The notes beneath the pieces were generated by a model. That model had not been told where the DNA came from. It did no database searches and saw only the letters and a list, made by a program, of their open reading frames with translations. A program made the translations under genes and the position numbers. A stretch of 58,885 nt of DNA from an uncultured Butyricicoccus sp. (GTDB taxonomy: Bacteria > Bacillota > Clostridia > Oscillospirales > Butyricicoccaceae): positions 1 to 58,885 of the forward strand of contig CAZEMM010000002.1 in the NCBI GenBank assembly GCA_964513445.1, in the 5' to 3' direction. Shown one piece after another: positions 1 through 9,144 of this stretch; position 1 is the first letter of the stretch; the number at the start of each line of letters is the position of its first letter.

Positions 1-272
1 CTTCATTTCAGATAGCAACTCTGTCGGAGTAACAGGCGATGCTATGCCCCGCGTGTGCTGTCATTCTTTATGGAAGTCTCTCATTCTTGTAGTTTGGTGT
101 GCCGGGACACACTTCTAACTACAAGGGCCATTTTGCTAACCGTAGTTAGCAAAATGGCCGCACGAAATGACGCATTTGTCAAGTCCTTTTTTTGAAATAT
201 TACGAAAAAACATCCCCCTACATCTCAATTCCTGAGTGTAGGGGGACGCGTCAGCTTAACTTACTGACATTG
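1..272 (-). mobile_element. Probable left end of an IS4-family insertion sequence; transposase would lie beyond the left edge
   Basis: Minus strand begins CAATGTCAGTAAGTTAAG (272-255), resembling terminal IRs I recall for IS4-family elements of gut Clostridia. Inside are a TTGACA and three stem-loops (86-125, a perfect 15-bp IR at 126-159, and 213-246). No transposase ORF can be confirmed in the window. Confidence 0.5.
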
Positions 273-303
273 AGATAAACGGTCGCCTTTTTTGTAAAGT
301 TTA

Positions 304-1680
304 TCACTTATTAGCCAGTTTCTGTAATTTTTCGCGACGGGCATTCAATTCTGCCCGCATCTTGTCAGCACAGGAATCCAGCTTCCAGAATACATTTGTG
401 AACGCAAGCAGGATGCACAGAACAATTGGAATCCACATATAGCAGAACTGGATGCTATGTTGAGCGGTGAGAGACTGGGTGGAGAGTTCTCCGTTATATC
501 CGTTCATGCCCAGATAAAGTCCGATGACCCAGCTCGCAAGACCCATACTGGCTTTGACGAACAGGCCCTGGAACGCGGCAATGGTACCGGAGATGCTGCG
601 GTTTTTCTTCCACTCAGAGTAGTCGATCGCGTCAGGCTGCATTGCAAATACGGTTCCGAATATGCCATAGATGCCAAGACCAGTGATGACAAGCCCAATG
701 AGCTGGCAGGCAACGGAGGTCTGGTTGATGAGAATGAGGATATCTCCAACCAAATAGATGCCTATGGACAGGAATAGAATATTCCGTTTGCCGAATTTAC
801 CCTCTAGCCGCGGCAGGCACAGCAGCATGGGCAGACCGGACAGGATGCCCAGAAAACCCACCAGCGTGGCGAGATCCTCACGCTGAAGATTGTACTTAAA
901 GAAGTAGATGACCGTGGTAGAACGCACCACATACAGGGCAAAATACAGGAAGTTGAAGATCATCACCAGCCAGGCTTGCCCGGTCATAGCTTTGATGTTC
1001 TCAATGAGTGAGCTGTTCTCGTTCTTAACAGATGGGGGCACAACCTCTTCTGTGCTTGCAAAGGTGAGAAAGAAAATCAGCATAGCCGCAATGCCGTAGA
1101 TACCCATGACAATGACCCAAGCTTTGGGACTTTTAAACGGGTCAGCGACGAGAGGATCCACTATGCTGCTCACGAACTTTACAAAAGGAGTGGTAATGGA
1201 CATGACGATGGCAGTGCCCAGCAGCGCGCAGACCATGCGGGTGGTTACCAGAATGTTCCGCTCATTGGGGTCTGCGGACAAACGTGGTACGATTGTGTTC
1301 AGAGGGATATTGACGACGGTATAGGCTGTACACAGCAGACAGTACGTGACATAAGCCCAGACCAGCTTACCGCTCTGGCTCAGATCAGGAACAATAAAGG
1401 TCAGCACAGTGAACACCGCAAAGGGCACTGCACCGATGACGAAGTAAGGTCGTCCCTGTCCCCATCTGGTATGAGTCTTATCCACGATCATGCCCATGGC
1501 GGTATCGGTGCAGGCGTCTACCAGCTTGGTTACCAGCATCATCGTACCGGCCGCCGCGGCGGCAATGCCGAAAACGTCGGTGTAGAAGATCAGCAGGTAG
1601 GAGGACATGGTGCTGAACACCAGGTTGCAGCCCAGATCACCAATGCCATAGCCGATTCGCTTTCCCCATTTACTTTTCAT
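304..1680 (-). CDS. MFS glycoside-pentoside-hexuronide (GPH) family sugar:cation symporter
   Basis: 458 aa with many hydrophobic segments; GPH N-terminal pattern (YGIGDLGCN...FYTDVFG...D-x-T-x-TRWG-x-GRPY); GGGAGG RBS. Confidence 0.9.
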   Translation of the reverse strand: MKSKWGKRIGYGIGDLGCNLVFSTMSSYLLIFYTDVFGIAAAAAGTMMLVTKLVDACTDTAMGMIVDKTHTRWGQGRPYFVIGAVPFAVFTVLTFIVPDLSQSGKLVWAYVTYCLLCTAYTVVNIPLNTIVPRLSADPNERNILVTTRMVCALLGTAIVMSITTPFVKFVSSIVDPLVADPFKSPKAWVIVMGIYGIAAMLIFFLTFASTEEVVPPSVKNENSSLIENIKAMTGQAWLVMIFNFLYFALYVVRSTTVIYFFKYNLQREDLATLVGFLGILSGLPMLLCLPRLEGKFGKRNILFLSIGIYLVGDILILINQTSVACQLIGLVITGLGIYGIFGTVFAMQPDAIDYSEWKKNRSISGTIAAFQGLFVKASMGLASWVIGLYLGMNGYNGELSTQSLTAQHSIQFCYMWIPIVLCILLAFTNVFWKLDSCADKMRAELNARREKLQKLANK

Positions 1681-1691
1681 AAGAACCTCCC

Positions 1692-3215
1692 TTATCGCAG
1701 GACGCTAAGCGCCTTCATATCATCCTTTAAATGTCGGTAGATAGACTTGTAGACCTCAAAGTATTTGTCATACTGGGCGTGATGGGCCGGGTCAGGATTC
1801 AACGGCTTGTCCAGCACCTGCCAGGTCTTGACCTCATCATAGGTCAACAGGCCCGTGCCGATCCCAGCCAGTATCACATCACCCATGTTAGCCTCCACAT
1901 CGTTCTTCGGACAAACCACTGGATAGCCTGTGACATCCGCGAATATCTGCCGCCACAATTTCGACTTGGTGACACCGCCTGCCAGCAGAATGTACTGCCC
2001 CAAATTTTCTCCCGTGGCATTCATTGCGTCCCGCAGGGAGTAGGCTACCGCTTCCAAAAAAGCTCGGTACAGATGCGCCTTGGTGTGGGCCAGAGAAAGC
2101 CCAACAATCGTACCCTTGGCATCGGAATCCCAGATCGGGCTGCGTTCCCCCATAAAGTAGGGCAGCACAATGAGCCCCTCACTGCCTACTGGGATTTTGG
2201 CCGCCTGTTCATTGAGCACATCGTAGGCATTGGGACCGCCCTCCCGCTCTGCTTTGAATTCTGCCTCGCACAGCGTATTGCGGAACCATTTCACAATAGC
2301 CCCTGCTGTCGCACCGCCTGCGAAATAGTAGGACAGTTCCTTCGCTTTGTAGAGATAGGGCCAAATTATCAGTCCTTGCCCCTTTACGGGCTTGTCCGAA
2401 ATCAGCGCGGCACACATGGAAGTCCCAATTGCCGCAGCATACACGCCCGGTTCAAACACACCAAGGCCGATATTCGCCGCGCCGCAATCGATACCGCCTG
2501 CCACAACAGGCATACCCTTCCAAAGGCCCAATTCCTCAGCCGCTTCAGCGGTTAGTCCTCCCACAATATCGGTTGATTCAACCAGTCTTTGTGGCATCAT
2601 GTCTAAAGGAATGCCCATCGCGTCAAGCATTTCCTGCGACCATGTACGGGTGTTCATATCGAAAATTCCACCGATGTTCCCGGCAGAGGAGTAGTCGATT
2701 GCAACTTCACCGGTAAATTTGTAGATCACATAGTCGTTTGGCGGCAGGAAAAGCTTTGTCTTCGCCCAGTTTTCCGGCTCGTTGCGTTTCATCCAGAGCA
2801 TTTTGGTATAACCATAGTAGGGATCCGCTCCGTTTTGGGTGATTTCAAGCAAACGCTGATTGCCTATCTTTTCCAGCACCCAATCGCTCTCCTGTTGGGC
2901 GCGGCGATCCATCCAGATCATACAAGGGCGGACGGGCTTCATATCCGCGTCCAGCGGGATTCCGGAGCCGCCATAAAGCCCGCTGATTGCGATAGCCTTG
3001 ATGTCTTCTGCGTCTATACCGGATTTATCCACTGTGTTTTTGATGGATGTCTTGACTGCCTCAAGCCATACATCCGGCCACTGCTCCGCCCAAAGGGACT
3101 GCGGTGTGAGTACATCGGTTTCCTGCAAATTCTGAGATATCACATTGCCTTTCAGGTCAGTCAAAATTGTTTTTGTGCCAGATGTACCAATATCAGTACC
3201 AAGCAGATATTTCAT
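1692..3215 (-). CDS. FGGY-family carbohydrate kinase (xylulokinase-like)
   Basis: GTDIGTSGTK phosphate-1 motif, WMDRRA, LPYFMGERSPIWD, AGGVTKS. Confidence 0.92.
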   Translation of the reverse strand: MKYLLGTDIGTSGTKTILTDLKGNVISQNLQETDVLTPQSLWAEQWPDVWLEAVKTSIKNTVDKSGIDAEDIKAIAISGLYGGSGIPLDADMKPVRPCMIWMDRRAQQESDWVLEKIGNQRLLEITQNGADPYYGYTKMLWMKRNEPENWAKTKLFLPPNDYVIYKFTGEVAIDYSSAGNIGGIFDMNTRTWSQEMLDAMGIPLDMMPQRLVESTDIVGGLTAEAAEELGLWKGMPVVAGGIDCGAANIGLGVFEPGVYAAAIGTSMCAALISDKPVKGQGLIIWPYLYKAKELSYYFAGGATAGAIVKWFRNTLCEAEFKAEREGGPNAYDVLNEQAAKIPVGSEGLIVLPYFMGERSPIWDSDAKGTIVGLSLAHTKAHLYRAFLEAVAYSLRDAMNATGENLGQYILLAGGVTKSKLWRQIFADVTGYPVVCPKNDVEANMGDVILAGIGTGLLTYDEVKTWQVLDKPLNPDPAHHAQYDKYFEVYKSIYRHLKDDMKALSVLR

Positions 3216-3343
3216 ACCTTTTCTTCCTTTCTGCGTATTAGGGAACCATCTGTTTCCCTTCGATCAGTCCCTAGGCAGTTTGCGGCTAAGGCTGCAAAAC
3301 AGCTCAGGGAGACGATCACTTACGGTTTTCGTGTTGCGTGGCT

Positions 3344-4120
3344 TTAAAAGCAGGTGAACGCGCCATCAACAATGAAATCGGAACCAGTTGCAAAGCTGCT
3401 GGTATTACCTGCCAGATAAACACATATGGCTTGCAGCTCTTCCGGTTTCCCAAGACGGCCCATAGGCGCCATCGCATTCCACTGAGCGATCAGGGGCTTG
3501 AGGGTTTCAGAGGATAGGGTAAGATCGGTGCCGATGTATCCGGGGCTGATGCTGTTAACCCGCACGCCTCGCTTGGCCCACTCTACGGCCAGAGACTTGG
3601 TGAGCTGGATCACGCCGGCTTTGGACGCATTATAAGCGCACTGAGGCTGGGGCACATTGACGATATGCGCGGACATAGAAGCAGTGTTGATGATTGATCC
3701 GCCGCCATGGGAGAGCATATATCTCCCTGCGATGGTGTCGGTCAGAAAGATGCTGTTGAGGTTCACGTCGATGTTCTTTTTCCACTGCGCGTAGGTCATT
3801 TCATCTGCTGCCGCATTGATGCAGATACCGGCGTTGGCGTGGCAAAAGTCCAGACCGCCCAGCTGCGCCACCACTGTATTCACCATGTCCTGCACCTGCG
3901 CCTCGTCTGTCACGTCGCACCTCAGGGCGATGACCTTGCGTCCGGTGTCCTGAGCAATTTTCTGCGCGGTATCCTGAGCTGCCTCCAGATCCAGATCCAC
4001 GATAGCGACATCTGCTCCTGCCTCAGCAAATGCAGTGGCAGTGCATTTGCCAATGCCTCTGGCCCCGCCGGTGACGAAACCCTTCTTGCCGTCCAGCTTC
4101 ATCTTTTCGATGATGTTCAT
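3344..4120 (-). CDS. SDR-family NAD(P)-dependent polyol/ketose oxidoreductase
   Basis: TGGARGIG Rossmann motif, NAG, catalytic YNASK, NSISPG; the PQPQCAYNASK segment resembles arabitol/mannitol/sorbose reductase-type SDRs. Confidence 0.9.
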   Translation of the reverse strand: MNIIEKMKLDGKKGFVTGGARGIGKCTATAFAEAGADVAIVDLDLEAAQDTAQKIAQDTGRKVIALRCDVTDEAQVQDMVNTVVAQLGGLDFCHANAGICINAAADEMTYAQWKKNIDVNLNSIFLTDTIAGRYMLSHGGGSIINTASMSAHIVNVPQPQCAYNASKAGVIQLTKSLAVEWAKRGVRVNSISPGYIGTDLTLSSETLKPLIAQWNAMAPMGRLGKPEELQAICVYLAGNTSSFATGSDFIVDGAFTCF

Positions 4121-4145
4121 AATACTTCACCTCATTCTTAAAATT

Positions 4146-4172
4146 CATTATATAAAATCATTTTATATAATG
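4146..4172. promoter_or_regulatory. Perfect 13-1-13 palindrome, probable ROK repressor operator
   Basis: CATTATATAAAAT-C-ATTTTATATAATG lies just upstream of the SDR RBS, between the divergent SDR and ROK genes. Confidence 0.7.
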
Positions 4173-4361
4173 TGACTAGATAATAACACGGAGATTATGC
4201 AATTACAAGTGGCAAAACAGCTAATATTTTGGAATTTTTTTGTGCATAATGCCACATCTCCTTTGTATGCCACCTTTTAAATCGCAAATGATCGTTGATT
4301 TTATCTTTAAAATAAGTTATAATCATTTTGCCAAATGAAGCTATAAAAAGAAGGGAAATAT

Positions 4362-5483
4362 GTGGAAAAGATTTCAATGAATGATATCCGTAAGAAAAAT
4401 TACTCTGACGTATATCGCCTGATCTATAAAGAGCGCCGTTTATCGAAATCCAAGATTGCCGCTATGTTGGAAATGAGCCCGCCGACTGTAACCCAGCACC
4501 TGACTTCTCTTATGGATGAGGGGTTAATTCAGAAACAAGGCCAGATGACATCTGGCATAGGACGGAAAGCGGTCGCTTATGCACCGTGTACGGCTGCACG
4601 TATTGCGATAGGGGTAGAGGTTTTGCCCGAACATGTTTGCGTTCTGGCACTCAACCTGTATGGCGATATGGTTGCAAAAAAAGAAGCCCACCTGATTTTT
4701 TCTCAGGAAGACTCCTATTTTTTTGAGTTAAGTCAAATTGTCCTTGCTCTTGTGCAAAGTGCGCATATTGAAAACAGTTCCGTTTTGGGAGTAGGAATCG
4801 GAATGCAGGGGCTTGTGTCGGAGGATGGGAAAAAGATGCTTTATGGGAAAATTCTGGATTGTACCGGGCTTACCATTCAGCCGCTTCAGAAACTGCTCCC
4901 TTGGCCAGTTCAATTTATCCACGATGTCGAATGTGCCGCTGAACTAGAATTATGGCGCAATCCGAAACTGACAAACGCCATTTATCTTTCTCTGGGCGCT
5001 CACCTGGGCGGCGCGATTATTACACAGGGCAATATTCAACGGGGACGTACCGGACGGACGGGGACAGTAGAGCATATGACATTAGTGCCTGACGGTCGGC
5101 AATGCTATTGCGGGAAACACGGATGTATGGAATGCTACTGTTCCGCAGCGGCTCTGCTGGAACCTGAAGAACAGTTAAATGACTTCTTTCAATTGCTGCG
5201 ACAGGGAGATGAGAAGCACACTGTACGCTGGATGGAATATATGAACTACCTTGCGATGGCTATCAATAATCTGCATATGGTTCTCGACTATACCATCGTT
5301 TTGGGTGGACATATTGCGCCCTATTTGAATCAGGCAGATTTAGGTATTCTGTTTTCAAAAATAAAAAGCCGTACTGCTTTCCCGGAGGAGGAGAATTTTC
5401 TACTGCTTGGCGTACCTGAAAACGATGCCATAGCCTCTGGCGCGGCAATTCCATATATTCGTTCTTTTTTGGCTTCAATCTGA
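4362..5483 (+). CDS. ROK-family transcriptional repressor (XylR/NagC-like)
   Basis: N-terminal HTH (LSKSKIAAMLEMSPPTVT) and ROK Zn motif EH...CYCGKHGCME. GTG start; ATG at 4377 is an alternative. Confidence 0.92.
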   Translation: MEKISMNDIRKKNYSDVYRLIYKERRLSKSKIAAMLEMSPPTVTQHLTSLMDEGLIQKQGQMTSGIGRKAVAYAPCTAARIAIGVEVLPEHVCVLALNLYGDMVAKKEAHLIFSQEDSYFFELSQIVLALVQSAHIENSSVLGVGIGMQGLVSEDGKKMLYGKILDCTGLTIQPLQKLLPWPVQFIHDVECAAELELWRNPKLTNAIYLSLGAHLGGAIITQGNIQRGRTGRTGTVEHMTLVPDGRQCYCGKHGCMECYCSAAALLEPEEQLNDFFQLLRQGDEKHTVRWMEYMNYLAMAINNLHMVLDYTIVLGGHIAPYLNQADLGILFSKIKSRTAFPEEENFLLLGVPENDAIASGAAIPYIRSFLASI

Positions 5484-5514
5484 GCCATCGATCGAATGAA
5501 GAATAATCCCATAG

Positions 5515-5584
5515 AAAAAGCACGCAGAGTTGCTCCCTGCGTGCTTACAGCCTATCGAAAAAGCCACCTTGCGGTGACTTTTTC
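5515..5584. terminator. Two adjacent intrinsic terminator hairpins between convergent genes
   Basis: AAGCACGCAG-9-CTGCGTGCTT (5518-5546, U-tract on minus strand) and GAAAAAGCCACC-TTGC-GGTGACTTTTTC (5557-5584). Confidence 0.65.
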
Positions 5585-5754
5585 TGTTATAATAAGAATG
5601 ACGATGCATGCATTCGAACGATTTGGCGCCCGTTCGACCATAAGAAAACAGTATATCGCAGCTTGAAGAAGAACAAAAATGGCTGTACGGCCATGATCTC
5701 CGCGCCAAAGCCATACTCGCCGGCAAGCGCCGTCGAAAGGTTTTCGCAACATTG

Positions 5755-6951
5755 TTATAGCCCGATAGCCTTCAGCGCCTGATCGAAATCCCCGATAATG
5801 TCTGCCGGTTCCTCAAGACCAACGCTGAATCGGATAAAGCCCTTCCTGAATTTTTCGGGATACAGATTGATACGCTCATCATAGCTCGGCTGCGGAAAAA
5901 TCAAGCTCTCATCATGTCCGAGAGAAACTGCAAACGTAACGATTTTCAGCTTTGCGCAGAAACGCTCCACTGTTTTGTCATCCGCATTTACCCCGAAAGA
6001 AATCACGCCGCCGTATCCGTTTTTCATCTGCTTTTTTGCAAGCCTGTGTCCCGAATTGCTGGGGAGTCCGGGATAAGAAACGAAGGTGACATTCTCCCGT
6101 TGTTCCAGCCATTCGGCAATCTTCTGCGCAGATTCATTGATGCGCTGCATACGAAGAGGGAAGGTAACAGATCCGCGGAATATTTGCCATGCATTGAACG
6201 GGCTGATGACGGAGCCTACATTGACCTGCGCCTCGTAGCGGATGCGATCCATTGTTTCCAAATTGTTGGATATGATCGCGCCTCCCTGCGCATCTCCGTG
6301 CCCGTTGATAAATTTCGTCAGTGCCTCAACGACATAATCTGCGCCAAGCTCCAACGGCTTTTGGTTCAGAGGGGAGGCAAAGGTGTTGTCTACAGAAAGT
6401 ACAGCGCCGTTTTCATGGGCAATTCTTGCAATTTCCGCAATATCGGTGACGCCAACGGTCGGATTATCGGGCGTTTCGATATGCACAAGGCGCGTTCCGG
6501 GCGTGATTGCTTTTCGCACCGCATCTAAATCCGTCATATCCACCATCACGGTTTCCACATTGAACTTCCGATTGAATAGCTCATGGAACATCCGATAAAC
6601 CGCCATATAGCTCACATTTGGATAAACCACACGATCCCCTGATTTTAAAAGCGTCCAGAAGAGAGCGTGCAATGCGGCAACGCCGCTTGCAAGAACGATT
6701 GCATCGTCTGCGTCGTGCAGGGCTGCAATTTTCTCCTCAAGCCAGTGCTGATTCGGATTGCCGTTTCTTGCGTACATCAGCAGGTCTGTAGACGAGTAGT
6801 TGACCTGCGATAAATCGTCGGGTAGTTTGAAGCTATTCGCCATATGGAGCGGACGCCGTACCGCACCTGTCTCTGCATCGTAGTCAGTGCCTGTATGCAC
6901 CGCCTGCGTTGTAATATCATATTCTTGAAATTTGTTCTCTTTCTTCGACAT
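5755..6951 (-). CDS. Cys/Met metabolism PLP-dependent enzyme (methionine gamma-lyase / cystathionine gamma-synthase or lyase family)
   Basis: YARNGNP, ASGVAA, ETPDNPT, VDNTFASP, PLP lysine in EALTKFINGHGD, AVSLG, IRFSVGLE. Confidence 0.92.
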   Translation of the reverse strand: MSKKENKFQEYDITTQAVHTGTDYDAETGAVRRPLHMANSFKLPDDLSQVNYSSTDLLMYARNGNPNQHWLEEKIAALHDADDAIVLASGVAALHALFWTLLKSGDRVVYPNVSYMAVYRMFHELFNRKFNVETVMVDMTDLDAVRKAITPGTRLVHIETPDNPTVGVTDIAEIARIAHENGAVLSVDNTFASPLNQKPLELGADYVVEALTKFINGHGDAQGGAIISNNLETMDRIRYEAQVNVGSVISPFNAWQIFRGSVTFPLRMQRINESAQKIAEWLEQRENVTFVSYPGLPSNSGHRLAKKQMKNGYGGVISFGVNADDKTVERFCAKLKIVTFAVSLGHDESLIFPQPSYDERINLYPEKFRKGFIRFSVGLEEPADIIGDFDQALKAIGL

Positions 6952-6964
6952 GACGCTTGTCTCC

Positions 6965-7177
6965 TCATCCGTGCAGGTATCTTGCGTTGTATTCCATGTT
7001 GATTTCCGCTATTTCCTTCTCGCCGTCAATGTATGGCTGGTACATTTTGAACGGGTCGCCGCCGCCAAGGCAGCAGGAGGAACAATTTTCACAGCCGCCT
7101 CCGCCGCAATCCAGCGACTGCCGGATTATCTGCTCCCGCTCTTTTTTTGTCGTATCCTTAATCAGTAAGCTTTTCAT
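6965..7177 (-). CDS. Small Cys-cluster protein of unknown function (70 aa)
   Basis: AAGGAG RBS; fills the gap between tcdA and the PLP enzyme (12-13 bp spacers); contains CGGGGCENCSSCC. Confidence 0.8.
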   Translation of the reverse strand: MKSLLIKDTTKKEREQIIRQSLDCGGGGCENCSSCCLGGGDPFKMYQPYIDGEKEIAEINMEYNARYLHG

Positions 7178-7189
7178 TACATATACTCC

Positions 7190-7942
7190 TTATTTTACCA
7201 AATCCTTTATTACCTCTCCGGCCAGAATCAATCCCGCTACAGAGGGAACAAACGCCGTGCTTCCGGGAATATCCCGACGCTCCGTGCATTTATGCTTTGC
7301 TCCCGGCGGGCAGATGCAATGTGTCCGGCAGCTGATGCTCATATCTTCAATCGGCCGGATTGGTTTTTCGGTAGAATATACGACTTTCAGTTTCCTGATG
7401 CCCCGTTTTTTGCATTCGTGCCGCATGACCTTTGCAAGCGGACACATGGATGTCTCATAGAGATCTGCCACTCGAAATTTGGTCGGGTCAAGCTTGTTTC
7501 CAGCTCCCATACAGCTGATAACCGGCACGTGGCATTTTTGCGCCTGCATAACGATGTCCAGCTTTGCCGTGACCGTGTCCACCGCATCTATAACATAGGA
7601 ATACGCTGAGAAGTCGAACTCGTTCGCTGTTTCCGGCAGATAGAAGCACTTTCTAACCTCTACCTGCGCATCAGGATTGATTTCCAGGATTCGTTCCTTC
7701 ATTGCATCCGCTTTATACCTTCCGACCGTCTTTCTGGTCGCAATGATCTGCCGGTTCAAATTCGTCAGGCAGACCGTATCGTCATCTACCAGCACGAAGG
7801 AGCCGACTCCGCTGCGGGCAAGCGCCTCTACTGCAAAGCCGCCCACACCGCCGATGCCGAAAACGGCAACGTTTGCCCGATAGAGCTTTTCCATATTGTC
7901 ACTGCCAAGGAGCAGCTGCGTCCTTGAAAATCGATTCAACAT
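7190..7942 (-). CDS. tcdA: ThiF/E1-like enzyme, tRNA threonylcarbamoyladenosine dehydratase (TcdA) type
   Basis: RFSRTQLL, GIGGVGG, DDDTVCLTNLNRQ, SCMGAGNKLDP, CPLAKVMR, PGSTAFVPS. GGAGG sits 7 nt before ATG 7942; the track start at 7948 is too close to the RBS. Confidence 0.85.
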   Translation of the reverse strand: MLNRFSRTQLLLGSDNMEKLYRANVAVFGIGGVGGFAVEALARSGVGSFVLVDDDTVCLTNLNRQIIATRKTVGRYKADAMKERILEINPDAQVEVRKCFYLPETANEFDFSAYSYVIDAVDTVTAKLDIVMQAQKCHVPVISCMGAGNKLDPTKFRVADLYETSMCPLAKVMRHECKKRGIRKLKVVYSTEKPIRPIEDMSISCRTHCICPPGAKHKCTERRDIPGSTAFVPSVAGLILAGEVIKDLVK

Positions 7943-9144
7943 AGGCATTCCTCCGTTGCAGCTTTGTTCGCTTGATCTGCTGCGTCTCCTTTTGATGCCG
8001 CAGCATCATAGACATCTAAAAAGTGATGCTTTTCCCCGTTCTGCTTATAAGAGATTACGGTATCCAGACACACATTTTCCACGCTCCTGAAAATATGGCT
8101 TTCCACGTCAGGGTTAGTCTTTTTCAATTGCGCAATCAACAGCTTTGTCTCCATTCGCTTAGATTTAGTCCGCCCGTTTGGATCACAGGTGGAACAGGTA
8201 TCGGTAAAATGACAGGCGCATTGGATGAAGCTCAGCTCATTGGCATCACGCCAGCGTTTGATATCGGCCTCTCGCACCAGATACATCGGGCGAATCAGCT
8301 CCATTCCCTCAAAATTTGTGCTGTGCAGCTTCGGCATCATCGTCTGAACCTGACCGCTGTAAAGCATCCCCATGAGAATAGTCTCAATCACGTCATCGTA
8401 GTGGTGCCCCAAGGCAATCTTATTGCAACCGAACTCCTTTGCCTTTGCGTACAGATAGCCTCTGCGCATTCTGGCGCATAGATAGCAGGGAGATTTTTCT
8501 TCATTGTAAACAATATCAAAAATTTTTGTCTCAAATATTGTGATTGGAATGCCGAGAAGCCTTGCGTTATGCTCGATTACCTTGCGATTTTCTTCACTGT
8601 AGCCCGGATCCATCACCAGGAATACCAGTTCAAAATGGCAATGCCTGTGACGCTGCAATTCCTGAAAGAGCTTCGCCATCAGCATGGAGTCCTTGCCGCC
8701 GGATATACAGACGGCAATCTTATCATTCTCTTTCACAAGTTCATAGGTTTTGACCGCTTTTGCAAACGGGGAAAAGAGCCGTTTATGCCAGGCCTTGCGC
8801 AGCCCCTGTTCAATCCGCGCTTGTTTCTCTGTATTTTTTTCCTGTTCCAGCTTGCTTCTGATCCAGCCCATATAGCCGTCCCGCAGGCTATAAGCAACAA
8901 CGCCAAGCGCCCGCAGCTCTTCCACAGAAGCCATACTGAGCAAGCCTCTGGAACAGTATACAACCACGCCTTTCCCTCGGGCAAATTCCTCTGCGTGCGA
9001 GGGAAGGCTCTGCTGCGATACGGCGGTTGCTCCCGGGATCAAGCCATAAGCTATACTCAAGTCATCCCGAATATCAATCAGCTGAAAGCCTTCATTGATT
9101 TTTTCCGTTAATTCCTCCGCGGATATTTCCCATTCAGTTGGCAT
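7936..9144 (-). CDS. ttcA: Rhodanese domain fused to TtcA-like PP-loop tRNA thiolase
   Basis: N-terminal rhodanese (LIDIR...VVYCSRG...SLRDGYMGW); C-terminal SGGKDS PP-loop, CYLCARMRRG, GHHYDD, IRPM and a second Cys cluster CACHFTDTCSTC. Confidence 0.85.
   Translation of the reverse strand: MPTEWEISAEELTEKINEGFQLIDIRDDLSIAYGLIPGATAVSQQSLPSHAEEFARGKGVVVYCSRGLLSMASVEELRALGVVAYSLRDGYMGWIRSKLEQEKNTEKQARIEQGLRKAWHKRLFSPFAKAVKTYELVKENDKIAVCISGGKDSMLMAKLFQELQRHRHCHFELVFLVMDPGYSEENRKVIEHNARLLGIPITIFETKIFDIVYNEEKSPCYLCARMRRGYLYAKAKEFGCNKIALGHHYDDVIETILMGMLYSGQVQTMMPKLHSTNFEGMELIRPMYLVREADIKRWRDANELSFIQCACHFTDTCSTCDPNGRTKSKRMETKLLIAQLKKTNPDVESHIFRSVENVCLDTVISYKQNGEKHHFLDVYDAAASKGDAADQANKAATEECLC

Noticed and set aside
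3216-3343. Structured spacer between the SDR and kinase genes
   Set aside because: Imperfect hairpins only, consistent with an ordinary mRNA stability element; no recognised motif.
6965-7177. Mini-protein as a ThiS/MoaD ubiquitin-like sulfur carrier for the ThiF enzyme
   Set aside because: Ends in YLHG, not GG, and has no beta-grasp pattern.
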